A stretch of 64,000 nucleotides of DNA from Camelus ferus. Its lineage: Eukaryota. The position numbers were made by a program, and so were the translations under genes. The notes beneath the pieces are model-generated. The model saw nothing but the letters and a program-made list of their open reading frames with translations, was not told where the DNA came from and ran no database searches. The DNA is taken from positions 117,678,001 through 117,742,000 of the forward strand of contig NC_045697.1 of NCBI RefSeq assembly GCF_009834535.1, in the 5' to 3' direction. Positions 36,701-50,340 of this stretch are shown here, piece after piece (the stretch's first letter is position 1; each line of letters opens with the position of its first letter).

Positions 36701-37204
36701 AAGTAAGGAAAAAGAATGTGAAAAGGAATATATGATGTGTGACTGAATCACAGTGATGCATACCAGAAATTAACACAGCATTGCAAATTGACTATACTTC
36801 AATTTAAAAAGAAAAAAAAAGAGTATTCTTGGTTGCAGCAAGAGAGAACCAGAGAATCATGCCTGAAGGCAGGGCAGCTGGGACAGTTCCGACATTCTGC
36901 GTGGGACCACATCCCAAAATAAAGGAAAACCAGAATCAAACGCTGGGTGCCACAAATGTTTACTCCACAGCAAATCTCTGCGGAGACTTAAAGTCCTCTC
37001 ATGAGTGATACTATAACACATTGATATTATGATACAAAATGGCAAGACTTCGTGCCTGATGATCATGCCATAAATACGGAAGAGGAGGGGCGGACAAGGT
37101 AATGTAGAGAAGAGGAACCCTGGAATTCTTTAAAGTTCTTGGCCCTTGTATGTAGTTAACCTTTTGGCCAGGTGGGATTGTTCCATTCTCGTTTTTTCAA
37201 ATAA

Positions 37205-37336
37205 TTTTTTATGGGGGGGGGTTAATCTTAGGTTTATTTATTTGTGTATTTTTTTTTAAACAGAGGTGTTGGGGGTTGAACCCAGGACCTTGTGCATGCT
37301 AGCTTGTGCTCCGCCACTGGGCTAAACCCTCCCCCC
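37205..37336 (-). mobile_element. Vic-1-type SINE
   Basis: gggttgaacccaggaccttgtgcatgctag...ccactgggcta plus tail motif. Confidence 0.85.
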
Positions 37337-37529
37337 ATTCCTCTTACTGTTCAACTTGAGGTAACTGTACTGAGACTCTAGAGTTCTTCTGGAAATTAAA
37401 ACAAAGAGAAACTGATAATCAGACAATACCCACATCAGGGCCATCCCTCAGTCTTGGCATTAAGAGCTAATATGAGTTTTGTAAAACCTCTATGAAGATG
37501 TATCTAAGAATGTACAACATTTAAAAAGA

Positions 37530-37658
37530 TTTTGTTGGAGGGAGGTAATTAGGTTTATTTATTTTTATCTCGTTTATTTTTAATGGAGGTGCTGGGGATG
37601 GAACCCAGGACCTCGCACATGCTAAGCACGCGCTCTGCCACTGAGCTCCACCTTTGCC
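37530..37658 (-). mobile_element. Vic-1-type SINE
   Basis: gggaggtaattaggtttatt...tggaggtgctggggatggaacccaggacctcgcacatgctaagc. Confidence 0.88.
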
Positions 37659-38282
37659 CCAGGAATGTGCGGTATTTTGTCTAATGTTTTGGATGTGATA
37701 TGGGGTGAAACTTGTGCTGCTGTGCTTTTAGAATTTTGGGCACTGAGGGACTGCAGGACAGTCTTTTCTAAATCATGGTGTTTACCACTCGACAAAGTTG
37801 TATCAGGTACATACAAGAATGTCCCCTGCATTAAGCACTTAAAAATGCAAATGCATTAGACGCCAGAGGACTCTGCCTGCAGGCCCGGTGGGAAACACCA
37901 GAGAATTATTCCCATGTGCCCCTGCGTGCCGGTGTGACTCCTCCACTCACATGGGGGCTCATAAACCGCAGGACACATAAATCGCTCCTGCAGTCTCCAT
38001 GACCCCCTCCTCGCGCCTTCCATCCTAATAAAAATCAATCTTATCACTTTCATAATAATAATAAATGTGTTCATGGTAAGTGTGATTTTTTTTTCAGCCT
38101 CGAACATTTTAGGATTATAAAGTTATCAGTTTTACACTCAAAGGTTTTAAAACACATTTACGTATAATTGATTTACCGTTTAGGACATCAATTGCTAATG
38201 TATCAAGTTAGGTGTGATTTGATCATTTGATAGCTTCCAAGGGAAAACATTTTAATTCATGATTTAAATCATCTGCAGAAAA

Positions 38283-38748
38283 GTCTGATTTTCCTTGACT
38301 GGAGAGGAAGGGATATCCTGATACATCCACTGTAGATTGAAAACATCGCAAGTCAAAAAGACACTGAGTACCTCTAAGCTATCAAACATCAGAGCTCACC
38401 TAACCCGCCTTAAACAAGCTCAGAATGCTTACATTAGCCTTCAGGTGGCCAAAATCATCTAAAATACAAAGCTCATTTTATCCTAAAGTGTTGACTATTT
38501 CATGTCATTGAATACTGTACCGGAAGTGAAAACCAGAATGGTTGTACGGTTCCAGAACGGTGGTGAGTATCCATTGTTCAATCTTCATGGTCACCCGGTC
38601 GCCCAGCGTTACCAAAGAGAACTGTCCTGCAGATCACCAGCCTGGGAAAGACCAAACTGCAAAATGCCAAGTGTGCCTGTTTCTTCCCCACGATCCTCAA
38701 GTCAAAAACTCAGAAGTCAACCCACCAGAAGCCAGGGACCATCATACT
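38283..38748 (+). mobile_element. Tigger3 (Golem/MER7)-like TcMar DNA transposon
   Basis: ccttaaacaagctcagaatgcttacattagccttcag...aaaatcatct...gaatactgtaccggaagtgaaaaccagaatggttgta matches the Tigger3 consensus as I know it. Confidence 0.8.
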
Positions 38749-40419
38749 AGAAATTCCCCTCCTCTCTCTTTTTCTCTGTTAAGATAGGAATTTCAATTAA
38801 GATTGTGTTTGATTTTCAAAAGTCTCTTTTCACTGAGTAGCTCGAAAGGAATGCTGTGGTCCCTTGATTTCTAACACATTTAAATATCTTAAATATTTTG
38901 TAAATAAAGTTAATTTTCCTGTAAATTGGGAAGAGTTTGGTCTCCATAACTTAAAATTAAACTGAATTATCAAAGTAAGTAAAAAAGAGGTGAAAAACCT
39001 CTTGAATAATAAATAATAATCAGTAAAATAATAGAGAAATGCTTAATTTTTCACGCAGGTCCACAAGCACAACTGGCAAACTAGTGCAGTGAAGCCAAGG
39101 AATTTTATAATAAAATTCATGAATAACAATGAAAGGGAAGTTGAAGTCTGTGTTGAAAAGACACACTTTCAGCTTCTAGTCTTATAAGCAGTATTTTTAA
39201 ATTCTTTCCATTATTTTAAATTTAAAACAATGTTTTTTCCCTATGTTTTGCTATCTATGCTCATTTCCAACAGATTTTTCTCCTCTGGATAGAATTCTAA
39301 AGACGACTTTGGGTTTTAATGGCTTCAGACTCTTGCCTGGAACTACACTGAGAACAGAGCATCAAACTAAAATATGTCGTTCCTACGAAGGGAAGGAATT
39401 TCTAAAATGACAAGATTTTAGAAGGCTTAGGATCTTTTCCTTCGTTCTACATCTGCTTCTGTCATGGTGATGGGAGCAGCAGGGGAAAAAAGCAAGTTCA
39501 GTTCGCTTGGAGTCCTGCTGCAAATTACATGACTCAAGTTTCACTTGGTTTGCATGAATATCTAGACATAATATTGGCAATTCTGTTTCACATCCCCTGA
39601 GTTTTAAACTGATGCAAACTCAGAAGAATAAACCAATATACTCACAAACCAAGTAAACTTGGGGGACATTTTTCTTGCACTCTAAATAACATTCATTGTA
39701 ATATTTTTCTCAAGAATTCTTAGGAGATTTTTTCTTCTTTACTTCTGACTGTACTAGAAAAAAAAATTAGTAGCAGACCATCTTTACTTCAGGGCATTTT
39801 TTTCTTAGTGTTGCAATGTGTGGATTTTCCTAGCCTTTGTCAGAAACAATATTGAATCAAGTCAATATATATCTTGGCTAAGAGAGTACATTTAATGTTT
39901 TTTATATTAATATCAATATTAATGAAAGATAGCCCCAGGAGCTTCGATTTTCTTCCCTTAAGTCTTAATTAAAAGTTTTTTTGACCCATGCACAAAAATT
40001 ATTTATGTATTTACATTTTATGTTAATTTGGTAAGCATTTAAGTCTACCTTTTTATACAGGGTAAATGTTTCTCCTTCATTTATTCAAAACAGATTTATT
40101 AGCATCTAAAATCTAAGACCTTGGGAAAAGTTCAAAGATGTATATGTGTCATTCGTGAATTTATTCAGCAGCTACTTCTGAGCATTTGCAATGGGCTAAA
40201 TCTCAAAAAGAGACACTAGTACAGATACCCAGTTATGAGGAGGCACGGCTGCTGCCTGCAAGAATTATTATGTGTGGGCAAATTCTAATGTGGATGTAAT
40301 TAATGTGGGTAAGTGGAACAGTGTGTCGTAGAGCAGCAGGTCGGACGGATTAAAAATGCTGCAAATGCAGTTTCTGTGTCACTTTTCCATTCTACAAGTG
40401 AACTCTAATTTAACCTGGG

Positions 40420-43190
40420 CTGCCCTTAATACTTTATCTAACTAACAGAATGCATTGCAAGTAATATTACAGGACTTCCAAATCCAGACCATAACATGAC
40501 TGTGTCTTTATCCCTGGCTCTCTTAAAATGCTCACTCTTGGGAGCTCACTCCCTCCGAGAGCCCAGCTGACATACGGAAGCCACAGGGAGAAGCCACGCA
40601 TCTTGGTGCTCTGGGCAAAAGCCCCAGATCAACACCCAAGTGGAAGCCAGCATCAGTGACCAGCCTTAGAATGAGCCCTCTTGGACACCTAGACCAGGAG
40701 AAGGTACAGGTGAGCAGGGCCCCAGCTGACCTCACCTGCACCTGCGCTAGAGACCCCAAGTCAGAGGCAGGATACGCTATACTTTCAGTTTTTTGAACAA
40801 GGAGTTAGAATTGTGTTGTCCTGATACTAACTCATCGGCAGGAGGTAGGAGCCTGGCGGTCTTTCACACCCACTGTGTTAGTTTAGATGATGGTGTGGAA
40901 AAGCAAAACTGGGAGAACTCAGTGGTTTAACACATCACGTGTTTATTTCTTGATCATAGTAAATATCCAACACACGTGGGCTGGTGGACTCTGTTCCACA
41001 GAGGTAAGATGAGGTCCAGGTTGACGGGGAGGGGCACCACTACCTCACAGCTGCATCTTCTGCAGCACAAGTTCTCCTGCTTGGAAGAAGAGAAGACTGG
41101 AGAATCATTAGTATACTGAGATGCTATGGCCCAGAATCTGGTCCTCTACTTTCCAAGCTGAGAAATATCATCCGACCAGCCATGCACCGTCAGGAGTGAC
41201 TCAAGGCTGATGTATAATCAGAACTGACACTATTCCTTTATAACGAGAACTTTTATGGCGCTCATATCTTCCAAGAAGTTCATTCCTTTTATTTGAGAAA
41301 GCTGTGAGGGAATGTAATGATAAAAACTGCTTGTTTATTCATTTATAATTAATAGTCTAGCTGCTAAGTAGCCTCGGCAACATAGATCTTGACCTGAAGG
41401 AAGCTGACATTGAACCTGAAACATGTTTGGTGAAGAGGAGCGGGACCTAGGAGAAGTTAGCTACAGGAATCCATTGCTTATTGACATTAAAGAGAGTAGG
41501 ATGATCTCACCTCCACATTAAGGATGACCTCTGTCAGGTGGAGACCATATGCAAATACACCATCACTCTCCATTCAGCCCAGACCAGAAGTTTCCAAGGA
41601 GGACATCTGAAAATCTCATCTGATCATGGCCCCAGGGTCCAAGCCCAGGATCTGGTGACCATCTCCAGGTAACGTCTAAGTGTGGCTCTTCTTGAGTTTG
41701 AGACCCATGAAATAAAAAGAACTCACCTGTCCACATGCACATACTCCAAACACAATTGTAGGACAAAGCAGGTTAAGGGCAATAAGCACTACCTTCTGAA
41801 AAGTGGAAGAGTGGGAGCCACAGAGCAGGCGCTGGACCATAGCAATTCTGAAATCCTGCTGGGCTAGGTGTTACATGGTCCCCCTGTTCCTGGGGGTGGG
41901 GGATGGCTTTTGATTAAGCCCCATGGTGGCTCCCTGGGAATAGCTCTCCAGTCCATTTTCTCCATGGCTCTTGGAACCTGCCCTCTGGGAAGTTTTTTCC
42001 CCATTATTTCTTTGCTTCTATGTTAAGAGGTCGCTGGGTTGATGAGATCTGGGCAGCTCAGCTCACTTCCCAACAACAGAATTGGTGGCCCATGTGTCAG
42101 TTTAGGTTTAATAGAATCATATACCTTTAAATCCAAGCTGACAGTACCAGGAACACAACTCTGTTAGGGACTTCGCTCACTTACGTTTTTCACTCCAGCA
42201 CAATAGCTGTGTCAGGATTCCCTGTGAACCATGTCTCTCTCACTAGAGTTAGTTACAACATTCTATTCTTATCAGCCCTCCCTGGGACCAAGTCCTTTTT
42301 TATTTGTCCTCAGCCATTGTATCCAAATGAATTGGAGGCCACAGAAATCCAATCAGTAGTCTTAAAGAAGTCTGTGATGGTCTGAGGGACACAACTGTGA
42401 TTTCTTTTCGCCCTGATGCTGTGCTGTATCAATCAGCATTTGCAGCTCAAGAATTTCTCACTTTTGTCTTTGACTCGCTAGACAAGAGAAACTATTTCTC
42501 CAGATTCTCTTAGACTTTCCATGTCCCCTTTGCAAACAGTATAAAGCTTTTCTGAGCGTAGTTTTTCTTGTATTAGCCTTATAACTCTATCAAATCACAA
42601 CCAGTTTCAAACACCAAATACATTAAGTACATTCTCAGCTCTTATTTGCCTTCAGAAGGTCAGCCAAATGTTAACTTAATGCACAACACGGGGTGCCACC
42701 TTCCCAGACTCCTAAAACTTTTCTTACCTTACACCAACCAGTCCCAAGGCAATGTCAGAATTTTCCATTTCCTTGATGTTATTGTAGGGGGAGGTGGGGG
42801 AGCACTTCCATCCTAAATATTACCTTCTTTTGTCAGCCTTAAGTATGTTATGCTTCATAACAAAAATAAATAAACAAATAAAAGGAAAAAAATATCTCAA
42901 AATCATAATGACTGAGCACTGCAAATACTTCATCTCATTCACGTTGCATGTGGTTGGCTGTGCCTCGGGCAGTGTGTGGGATTTAGGTGTGCCCCACAAC
43001 TTGGTGGAAACTTGTCATTTCTTTTAAGCTGTCAGAGTTATCAAAATGTCACTTTTGCTACATTCATGGGCAAAGCCAATTAATTATATGACCAAGCCCA
43101 AAACCGATGGAATGGGGAAGTAGGCTTCTCTCGGTGGTTAAGAGCAAAGATGGAATATTTGTTGGCAAATAACAAAATTTACCACATTTG
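40420..43190. mobile_element. Cluster of MaLR (MLT1) LTRs with MLT1-internal-like sequence
   Basis: MLT1-like LTR motifs at ~40420-40770, ~40875-41180 and ~42820-43190; internal-like sequence at ~41500-42810. Highly degenerate. Confidence 0.55.
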
Positions 43191-44624
43191 CTAAACCTTT
43201 GTTGGCCTGACTAGGATGTGAATCAGTGAAAAGAAAGGACAATGTATCAGCATCCATATTTTGTAACCGATATTAGATGCTAAAATATCATCTACGTTTT
43301 TAGCATTTACAGAACTGTTTTAATATAATCACTAGTAGTTACTTAGTTTGAACTCAAGCTGAAACATATTTACTCCTTGCTCTCTCTGTAAATGGCTTTA
43401 TTAAAATAATGTACATCGAGAACTGCACAGGCTATGAGAAAGTCATAATTAAAATATCAGTGAAAAAAATGACAGTAATGTCTTTATCTGTAATGTCAAA
43501 GCATGTCAAAGTCAATCTATCACCCCTTTGTGCAAATTTCACCATCATTAAATCACCAGAGTGTTGCACTGAAGTATCTTTAGCAAATAAGTTGGATTTT
43601 AGTACCATCATAATATTGCCAGTCTGCCCGTCAGCCAGGTTTACCCTGGTTTCCATTTGAAGAATAAGAAAATTCAGTTTTTCTGTAACGTGACCAGGCA
43701 TAAAGTAAAACTTCTTCCATGACCCACCCTCCATCCTCTGCGCCCAGAATCAATAGTGTAGAGTTTGGAATGCTTTTGAATTATGTGAATTTTTCACCTC
43801 TATCCTTCAAATAATATTTACATACAAGGGTCAGAATTAGAACAGTCATCCCAAAGTTTCCAGCCAAAAGGGAAGTGTGAATCACAGAGAATGTGCTTCT
43901 CCGACCAGGAATTTCTCTTATCCACTCTCAGCACCTTTAAAAGTCTCACTCAGCACCTGACAGTCATTCCAGAATGCTAACAGATCCCTGGCGCTCTGCG
44001 CTGAGCAATGGTATCAGCGCCTTTAGCTTTGTCCATGTGCCCTAATCTTCAGCCATCCTGTGACCACTAGGTTATCCATCTGTCAGATCTCATAAATGCA
44101 GGGATAAGGGTAAAAGATTCAATGTGTCGAGAGGAATTTTATACCAGCTGCTGATGTCAATTTTCCACCTGTTTATTTTACAACAAGCTCACATTTCTAA
44201 GGCCAGGGCATGGATAACCACATTCAAGGCAAAGACGGGGCCATTCGTTCCAGAGTCGAGGCTGCCTCCTCAGTTCGTCAGGGATGCAGTACCAATTCAT
44301 CCACTTGTCACTGCGATCAGACCTGCTCTTGGACATGAGCCAGAAAGTACTGGGTTGAGTAAAGGGTAAAGCAAACTTCACAGAATTTTAATTCTCAGAG
44401 GCACGTTCTGCAACTGAAGTCGCTCCTTGTTTGTATGTCAAAGTTGAGTCTAAGACCCTAGGTGATCTAAGATATCAATAAATTAAGCCTGCATTCTCAG
44501 ATGCAAACCTCAGTTTTCTAATACTTTCTTCCAACAGTTCATATGTAAGAAGGAGGACTTTTATCTGAAGACAGATGAGGACTTGATCTGAAAACATATG
44601 GCAGAATTAAGTACCATGGAGTAA

Positions 44625-45705
44625 ACATTTAGGAAGAACCACTACGTGCCTATGAAAATGACTAAATACTGAGGAGCTGACAACACCAAATGTTGACAAA
44701 GATGTGGAACAACAGGGGCTCTCATCACTCAGAGGGAGGTGCAGAATGGTGCCGCCACCCTGGAAGACAGTCTGGCAGTATTTTACCATATTAAATATAC
44801 TCACAAATATGATTCAGCCATCTTGCTCCTTGGTATTTACCCCAATGAGCTGATAATGTATGTTCACCCAAAAATCTGCCCATGAATATTTAAAGCAGCT
44901 TCACTTATAAATTGCCAAAACATGGAAACAACCACGATGCCCTTTGATAGGTAAATGGATAAATAAACTGTGGTCCATCCAGACAATGGGATCTGATTCA
45001 GTGATAAAGAGAAATGAGCTATCAAGCCAGGAAAAGACATGGAGGAAACCTAAATGCATATTGCTAAGTGAAAGAAGCCAATCTGGAAAGGCTACACACT
45101 GTAGGATTCCAATCATAGAAAATTCTGGAAAAGACAAAACCATGATGATCAGTGGTTGCCAGGGCTTCAGAAGGAAGGCCCAAGGGAGGGAGGAAAAGGC
45201 AGAGCACATAGAGAGAATCCAGGGGGCAGGGAATCTACTCTGTATAAGACTGTAATAGAGGATGTGCAATATTACACATTTACAACACAACACAAGGAGT
45301 GAACTCTGCTGTGAACAATGGAGTTTAGTCACAATGATGCATCAATATTGGCTCATCAATAACAAATAATGATACAAGGGGGAGGGTATAGCTCAGTGGT
45401 AGACCAAGTGCCTAGCAAGCACAAGGTCCTGGGTTCAATCCCCAGTGAAAATAAGTAAATAAATTGAAAAAAACCAATTACCTCCCCTACAAAAATAAAA
45501 TAATAATAAACAAAAAAGTTTTTTAAAAAGAAAAAGAAACAAATAATGACACACATCCTGCCTCCGTAACATCTCGCACAATAATCCAAGCTGTTAATAG
45601 CAGGGAGAGCTGTAGGGAGAGGAAGGGTATAAGAAAATGCTCTGTGCTTTCCGCTCAATTCTTCTGTAAACCTAAAACTGCTCAAAACAATTAAAGTCTA
45701 TTCCT
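44625..45705 (+). mobile_element. L1MC-type 3' end
   Basis: WINKLWSIQTM...RNELSSQEKTWRKPKCILLSERSQS; 3' end ttcttctgtaaacctaaaactgctc. Confidence 0.85.
45378..45537 (+). mobile_element. Vic-1-type SINE nested in L1MC
   Basis: TSD aacaaataatgataca (45361-45376) / aacaaataatgacaca (45538-45553). Confidence 0.92.
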
Positions 45706-45976
45706 GTAAGAAAAAGAGTTTAAGAAGACAGAGAGAGCTGTGGAGAGAATGAATTACGTTGCAACACTATGAGTTAAAACGAATCAAACTGATACCACGT
45801 TATACATGGCAGTAAGTTTCATTAAACATTACTTTTTACTTCATATTTCATAATCATCCCAGATATATTCAGAAAAGAGGTCAAAGGAAGAGCGAATACT
45901 GGCACAGTATTTGCCGAGTGTTTAAAAGCTGTATATTTCTAAACTATAGTTTATTTTTTAAACCATATATTTTTAT

Positions 45977-46125
45977 TTTTTTAATTTTTAAATTTATCTT
46001 TCTTTCTTTCTTATTTGGGGGGGAGGTAATTAGGTTTATTTATTTATTTATTTTTAGTGGAGGTGCTGGGGATTGAAGCCAGGACCATGTGTGCTAAGCA
46101 CTACCACTTAGCTATACCCTCCCAC
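45977..46125 (-). mobile_element. Vic-1-type SINE
   Basis: Flanked by TSD taaaccatatattttta / taaaccatgtattttta. Confidence 0.88.
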
Positions 46126-46389
46126 TAAACCATGTATTTTTAAAAGTACAGTCTTTTAAAACAATTTTGAAATTGAAAGGATCTTTACTCACACTGCCTC
46201 CTGACATTGCCTGAGTTAAAAGTACCTATTATCTCTTCCTTAGAATACGCATTTACTTATTTGTTCAACGTATATTGAGTACCTACTGTCTGCTGGGCAT
46301 GGTCCTGGGTGTTTCAGGGGAACGAGAGGTGCAGATAAGTAACACGAGACCTCTGAGCTCAAGGCGCACCCAAAATCTAAAGAGACAAT

Positions 46390-46770
46390 GCGGGTGTAGT
46401 TCTGTGATGGACCACGTCGGAATCTCAGCAGCTTCACACAGCAGAGGTGACTTTCCAGTTCCTGTCGCAGCCTGGTGTGGTTCCCCTTGCACCTGGTGGG
46501 GGCAGAAATCGGGGGGGGGGGGTGCTCCACGCGGTGATGCAGAAATTCAGGCTCTTTTTATCCAGTGGCTTCATCAGCTTCGATGTGTGGCTGTAAAAAT
46601 TGCCAAAAGGGGGAAAAGGAAGAGAGGATGCGGAGACTGAGTAAGGATTGTACAAGGAAGCCTCCCAGTTGCGTACATCACACGGTCCCAACCGAATTGT
46701 AAAGGAGGGAGGAAGGCAGAGTCTTCCTGTGTGGCCAGGAAGAAACAAAAGGGATTGATACAGAAGGGGA
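46390..46770 (-). mobile_element. MLT1-type MaLR LTR
   Basis: aatctcagcagcttcacacagcagaggt...aattgtaaaggagggaggaaggcagagtcttcctgtgtggccaggaag. Confidence 0.6.
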
Positions 46771-47444
46771 TGTTTTCTGTCACACTGACATGTAAGGAAA
46801 CATTTATGATACAGTGTGGTGAGTGACACAACAAAGACGTGTAAACAGTCCAGTTTTATTCAGAGGGGAGGTTCCCAAAGGCGTTAAATTGAAACTCACA
46901 TAATTCAACTAATTTTCCCATTAAAACAAATGTCTGTTAGGGGAGGTGTGCTCTTGGATATCGTATGACTTGGGTAACTAATCTCCAATTTTAGCACCTT
47001 TCTGCTTGACCCTATCCCCTTCCATTTTCTCAAAGTAGGTCTAATATTTTAAAGTTTCTCATTTTAAATAAATTTGCAAGATTCATGCAGTGTTGGGCCT
47101 TCTGGGCTTTTCGTCACTTCTGACTTGATTCCAAAGTTTGCAGACAGAGTTTTCAGCAAATGCAGTAAAACCACCAGTACAGATAACCTCCGGATGCTGC
47201 TGTGAAAGGATATAAAAATATTCTACATAATAATATCATATGAGAAAATGCAGCTTCATGTATAGACCATCTGAAGGCCCATAAACAAATACACGTAATG
47301 CCGACTAAATACGGATGGAAGGCGTATCTGTTTACCAGCCAGACTGGTGCCGCCATGCGGCAACAATATTTACACGGTTTACGATTTCTTCTGCCAACAG
47401 CTTTAAAAGTATGTGCTCTGGATGAATATTTAAAATTTTTTTCA

Positions 47445-47585
47445 GGGGGGAGGGTATAGCTCAGTGGTAAGAGCACATGCTTAGCATGCATGAGGTCATG
47501 GGTTTGACCCCCAGTACCTCCATTAAATAAAAAATAATAATAAATAAATAAACCTAATTACCTCCCACCCCAAAAAAACTTTTTT
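47445..47585 (+). mobile_element. Vic-1-type SINE
   Basis: ggggagggtatagctcagtggta...cccagtacctcca plus tail. Confidence 0.9.
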
Positions 47586-48024
47586 TTAAATTTTTTTTTA
47601 GATTCTCAATATCTCAAAGTGTGACAGTATTAATATGCTGGCAACTTAAAATCACATAGTAAATTTTGCATAAAATGTGACCACATTTATAGACTGTTTT
47701 CAATAGCCTTATAAGCTACAGACTAATATGTGATAGTTTTTCTGTCTTCAGCCCATTCCAATTCCTTCCCCACGTCATCCACAGAGAATTTTCCATGAGA
47801 AGCAGGGATCTCACTGTGTTATTCCCTTAAGTAAAAGCCCTCAATAGTTCTTACGGCCAAACGCTAAAGCTTTTAAATACAATTCCATACAACAAACATT
47901 CAATGAAAATCTACTAGATGCCAAGTATTTGGGAGAAATAAAACTTGAAAACTTCATAATCTTTGAAATAATCTTCCATCTTTTTCCACCATTCTCCATC
48001 TCTGGCTCCAATGTTTTATTTTTC

Positions 48025-48163
48025 ATTTTTTAAAATGTTACTTACTTTTCTTGGTGGGTAACTTATTTTATTTATTTACTTTTAGAGGGAACACAGGTGA
48101 TTGAACCCAGGACCTCGTGCATGCTGAGCATGCGTTCCACCACTGAGCTACACCCTGCCCCCA
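48025..48163 (-). mobile_element. Vic-1-type SINE
   Basis: gattgaacccaggacctcgtgcatgctgagcatgcgttccaccactgagctacac. Confidence 0.85.
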
Positions 48164-48244
48164 CCTCTGGCTGGAACTTACCCAGCTGCCAGTCACTCAC
48201 TGATGGCAGGATTTTCTTTTCTCACATCTCCTGGTCTCCGAACA

Positions 48245-50340
48245 AGCTGTATCAGCCAGAAGTGAGTGTGGTAAACAGATAGTTTCAGCAGAAGGGATTT
48301 GACACAGGAAATTAAATGCTTTCGAAATGACTGAAGGTCTGGAGGAGGAGGGAGTCCCAGGGCTGCTGCCGGACCTGGGAGTTCAAGGACACCCTGGATG
48401 GTGACAACGAGGCCCAGGTGTGCTGATTTCGGCTCCTGCAATTACTCTGACTGCCTTGGACCCCCGGGGTGCTGGAACATTAAGCCTAGCTGCTACAACT
48501 GTCTTTAAACTCTGACATTTCTACGGTATCATTTGCTACCTAAAATAGCGAGACAAGGGCTCCACCACAAAGCCACATTGCAAATTTCACCGGAACGTGT
48601 CTAATTAGCACAACCTAATTTGCATCCAGACCTGGGCTACCAGGCAGCCCAGGAAACCTGGTTTCTAGCTCCCTGTCTCCCGTTGTTCAGGAATGGAAAC
48701 AGAAAGACAGAAGTAGGAGAGGATGCAGAGTCGTATCCAGAACACAGAATGTATCCAATGCCTGGGTTGCCGTCCATTCCTGTCTGCCTGCTGCCATCCC
48801 CGCCCGGACACCCAACTCCAGCAATTCCTTCCATTAGATGAATCCACAGGCTGTCCGTCGTGACCACATCACTCCCTTCCCGAGGACACCATTCTCACAG
48901 AAGATACTGAAGTTAAAGGATGCGTATATAAAAATAGATAAAAAACAAATTTCTTCTGTATAGCACAGAGAACTATAATCAATATCTTGTAATAACCTTT
49001 GATGAAAAAGAATATGAAAATGAACGTGTGTACGTATACACATGACTGGGACATTGTGCTGTGCACCAGTAATTGACACACTGTAACTGACTGTACCTCA
49101 ATTAAAAAAGGATGCAGAGGATGCCCTGGGTTCAGCTGGTCTCCTGGAGAAACAGCAGCACATTGGAGGCTTCAATGCTGGCAAGTTAGCTATTTAAAGG
49201 CAACAGGCCCCAGATCAGCCTCAGTATGTGGGAGTCTGTACGGCGACTGCGTGCCTATTCCCCGTCTCTGCCATTGTGGTCACCCTGCTTATGGGCTCAT
49301 TGTGCCGGCTCTTGGATGGCCGGTGACAAAGCTGGCCAAGTCACGTTGTTATTCGTGCCTTTCCCAAGATGGATACTTTCTGGCAGATGTGAACTTGATT
49401 TTTAAGAATATCATCACGCTTTATGCCCACTCCTAAATATCCACCTTCATGCCTGCCTCTCCCTCCCTTTTCTTTGTCTCTGATGTGTTGGTACTTTTCT
49501 TTCTAGACCACTGAGCTACTGGCCAGGGCATGGACCACTGCCTACAAGTTTGTACAAATTCTCCACCTGGCTCCCTCTTTTCCCTCCATGAAAGTAAGGC
49601 TCCACCCATCGGGAAGGTTTTCCTGTGTCCCCATTCACATACGCCCTGTTCCCCTACACCTTTCAAATGTCAGAATCACCACCCTGGCAAGAGCACTCCC
49701 CTCCAGCAGGACTTTTTCCCAGGTCACCACTGGTGACATCTTTAGCGGCTGGGCCTCCATTTGTGCCAGGGAGTGTCTGTGGCCTGTACACCAAAAAGGG
49801 GCAGCATCCTTTTGTCTCTTTGCCAGTCAGTGATGAGTCCTGGGACCTACAGACCCATCCTTCCTCCTGACTTCTCCATCCACCTGCAGCACCACCTGGG
49901 TCAGATCATGCTCTGGGAAGCAGATGCCAAGTAGACAGCAGACGTGCAAGAGGTCTTTTGGGGAAACACCTGTGAAGAGAAAAGGGAAGAGGGAGCAGGA
50001 GGAAGGAGGGAGAGCCCACTGACTACCATGCTGGTGTGACATTTGTGAAAGGAGATCGGATGGGAAGCACTTCTGACTGCAGAGCTGTGCTGAGGACACC
50101 TTGGCCGGACATCCAGAGTCCATGAGAAGAGATCCACGTTGGGCAGAACACCCAGCTCCGGTACCCCTGCCACATTCAGTCACTGGCTGGAAGCAGCCCA
50201 GGGAGAGTGTCATTTCCATGTGGATACCACGGTAGGTCCCACAGATGGGGCAGCTGGAAGCCACGGTGTCTCCCAGCAGGAGGTCTACCGTGCACCACTG
50301 TGACTCTTTTATGGTTGCAGCATGATCTCTTCCCGCCTGG
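48245..50340 (-). mobile_element. Degenerate ERVL-class remnants (LTR33/LTR16-like LTR at ~49890-50340, internal-like and LTR-like pieces to its left)
   Basis: ctctgggaagcagatgcc...acacctgtgaagagaaaagggaagagggagcagg resembles the LTR at 25280-25700; the internal assignment is weaker. Confidence 0.45.
48924..49106 (+). mobile_element. Short young L1 3' end
   Basis: L1 3' UTR with TSD aaaggatgc (48915-48923 / 49107-49115). Confidence 0.9.
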
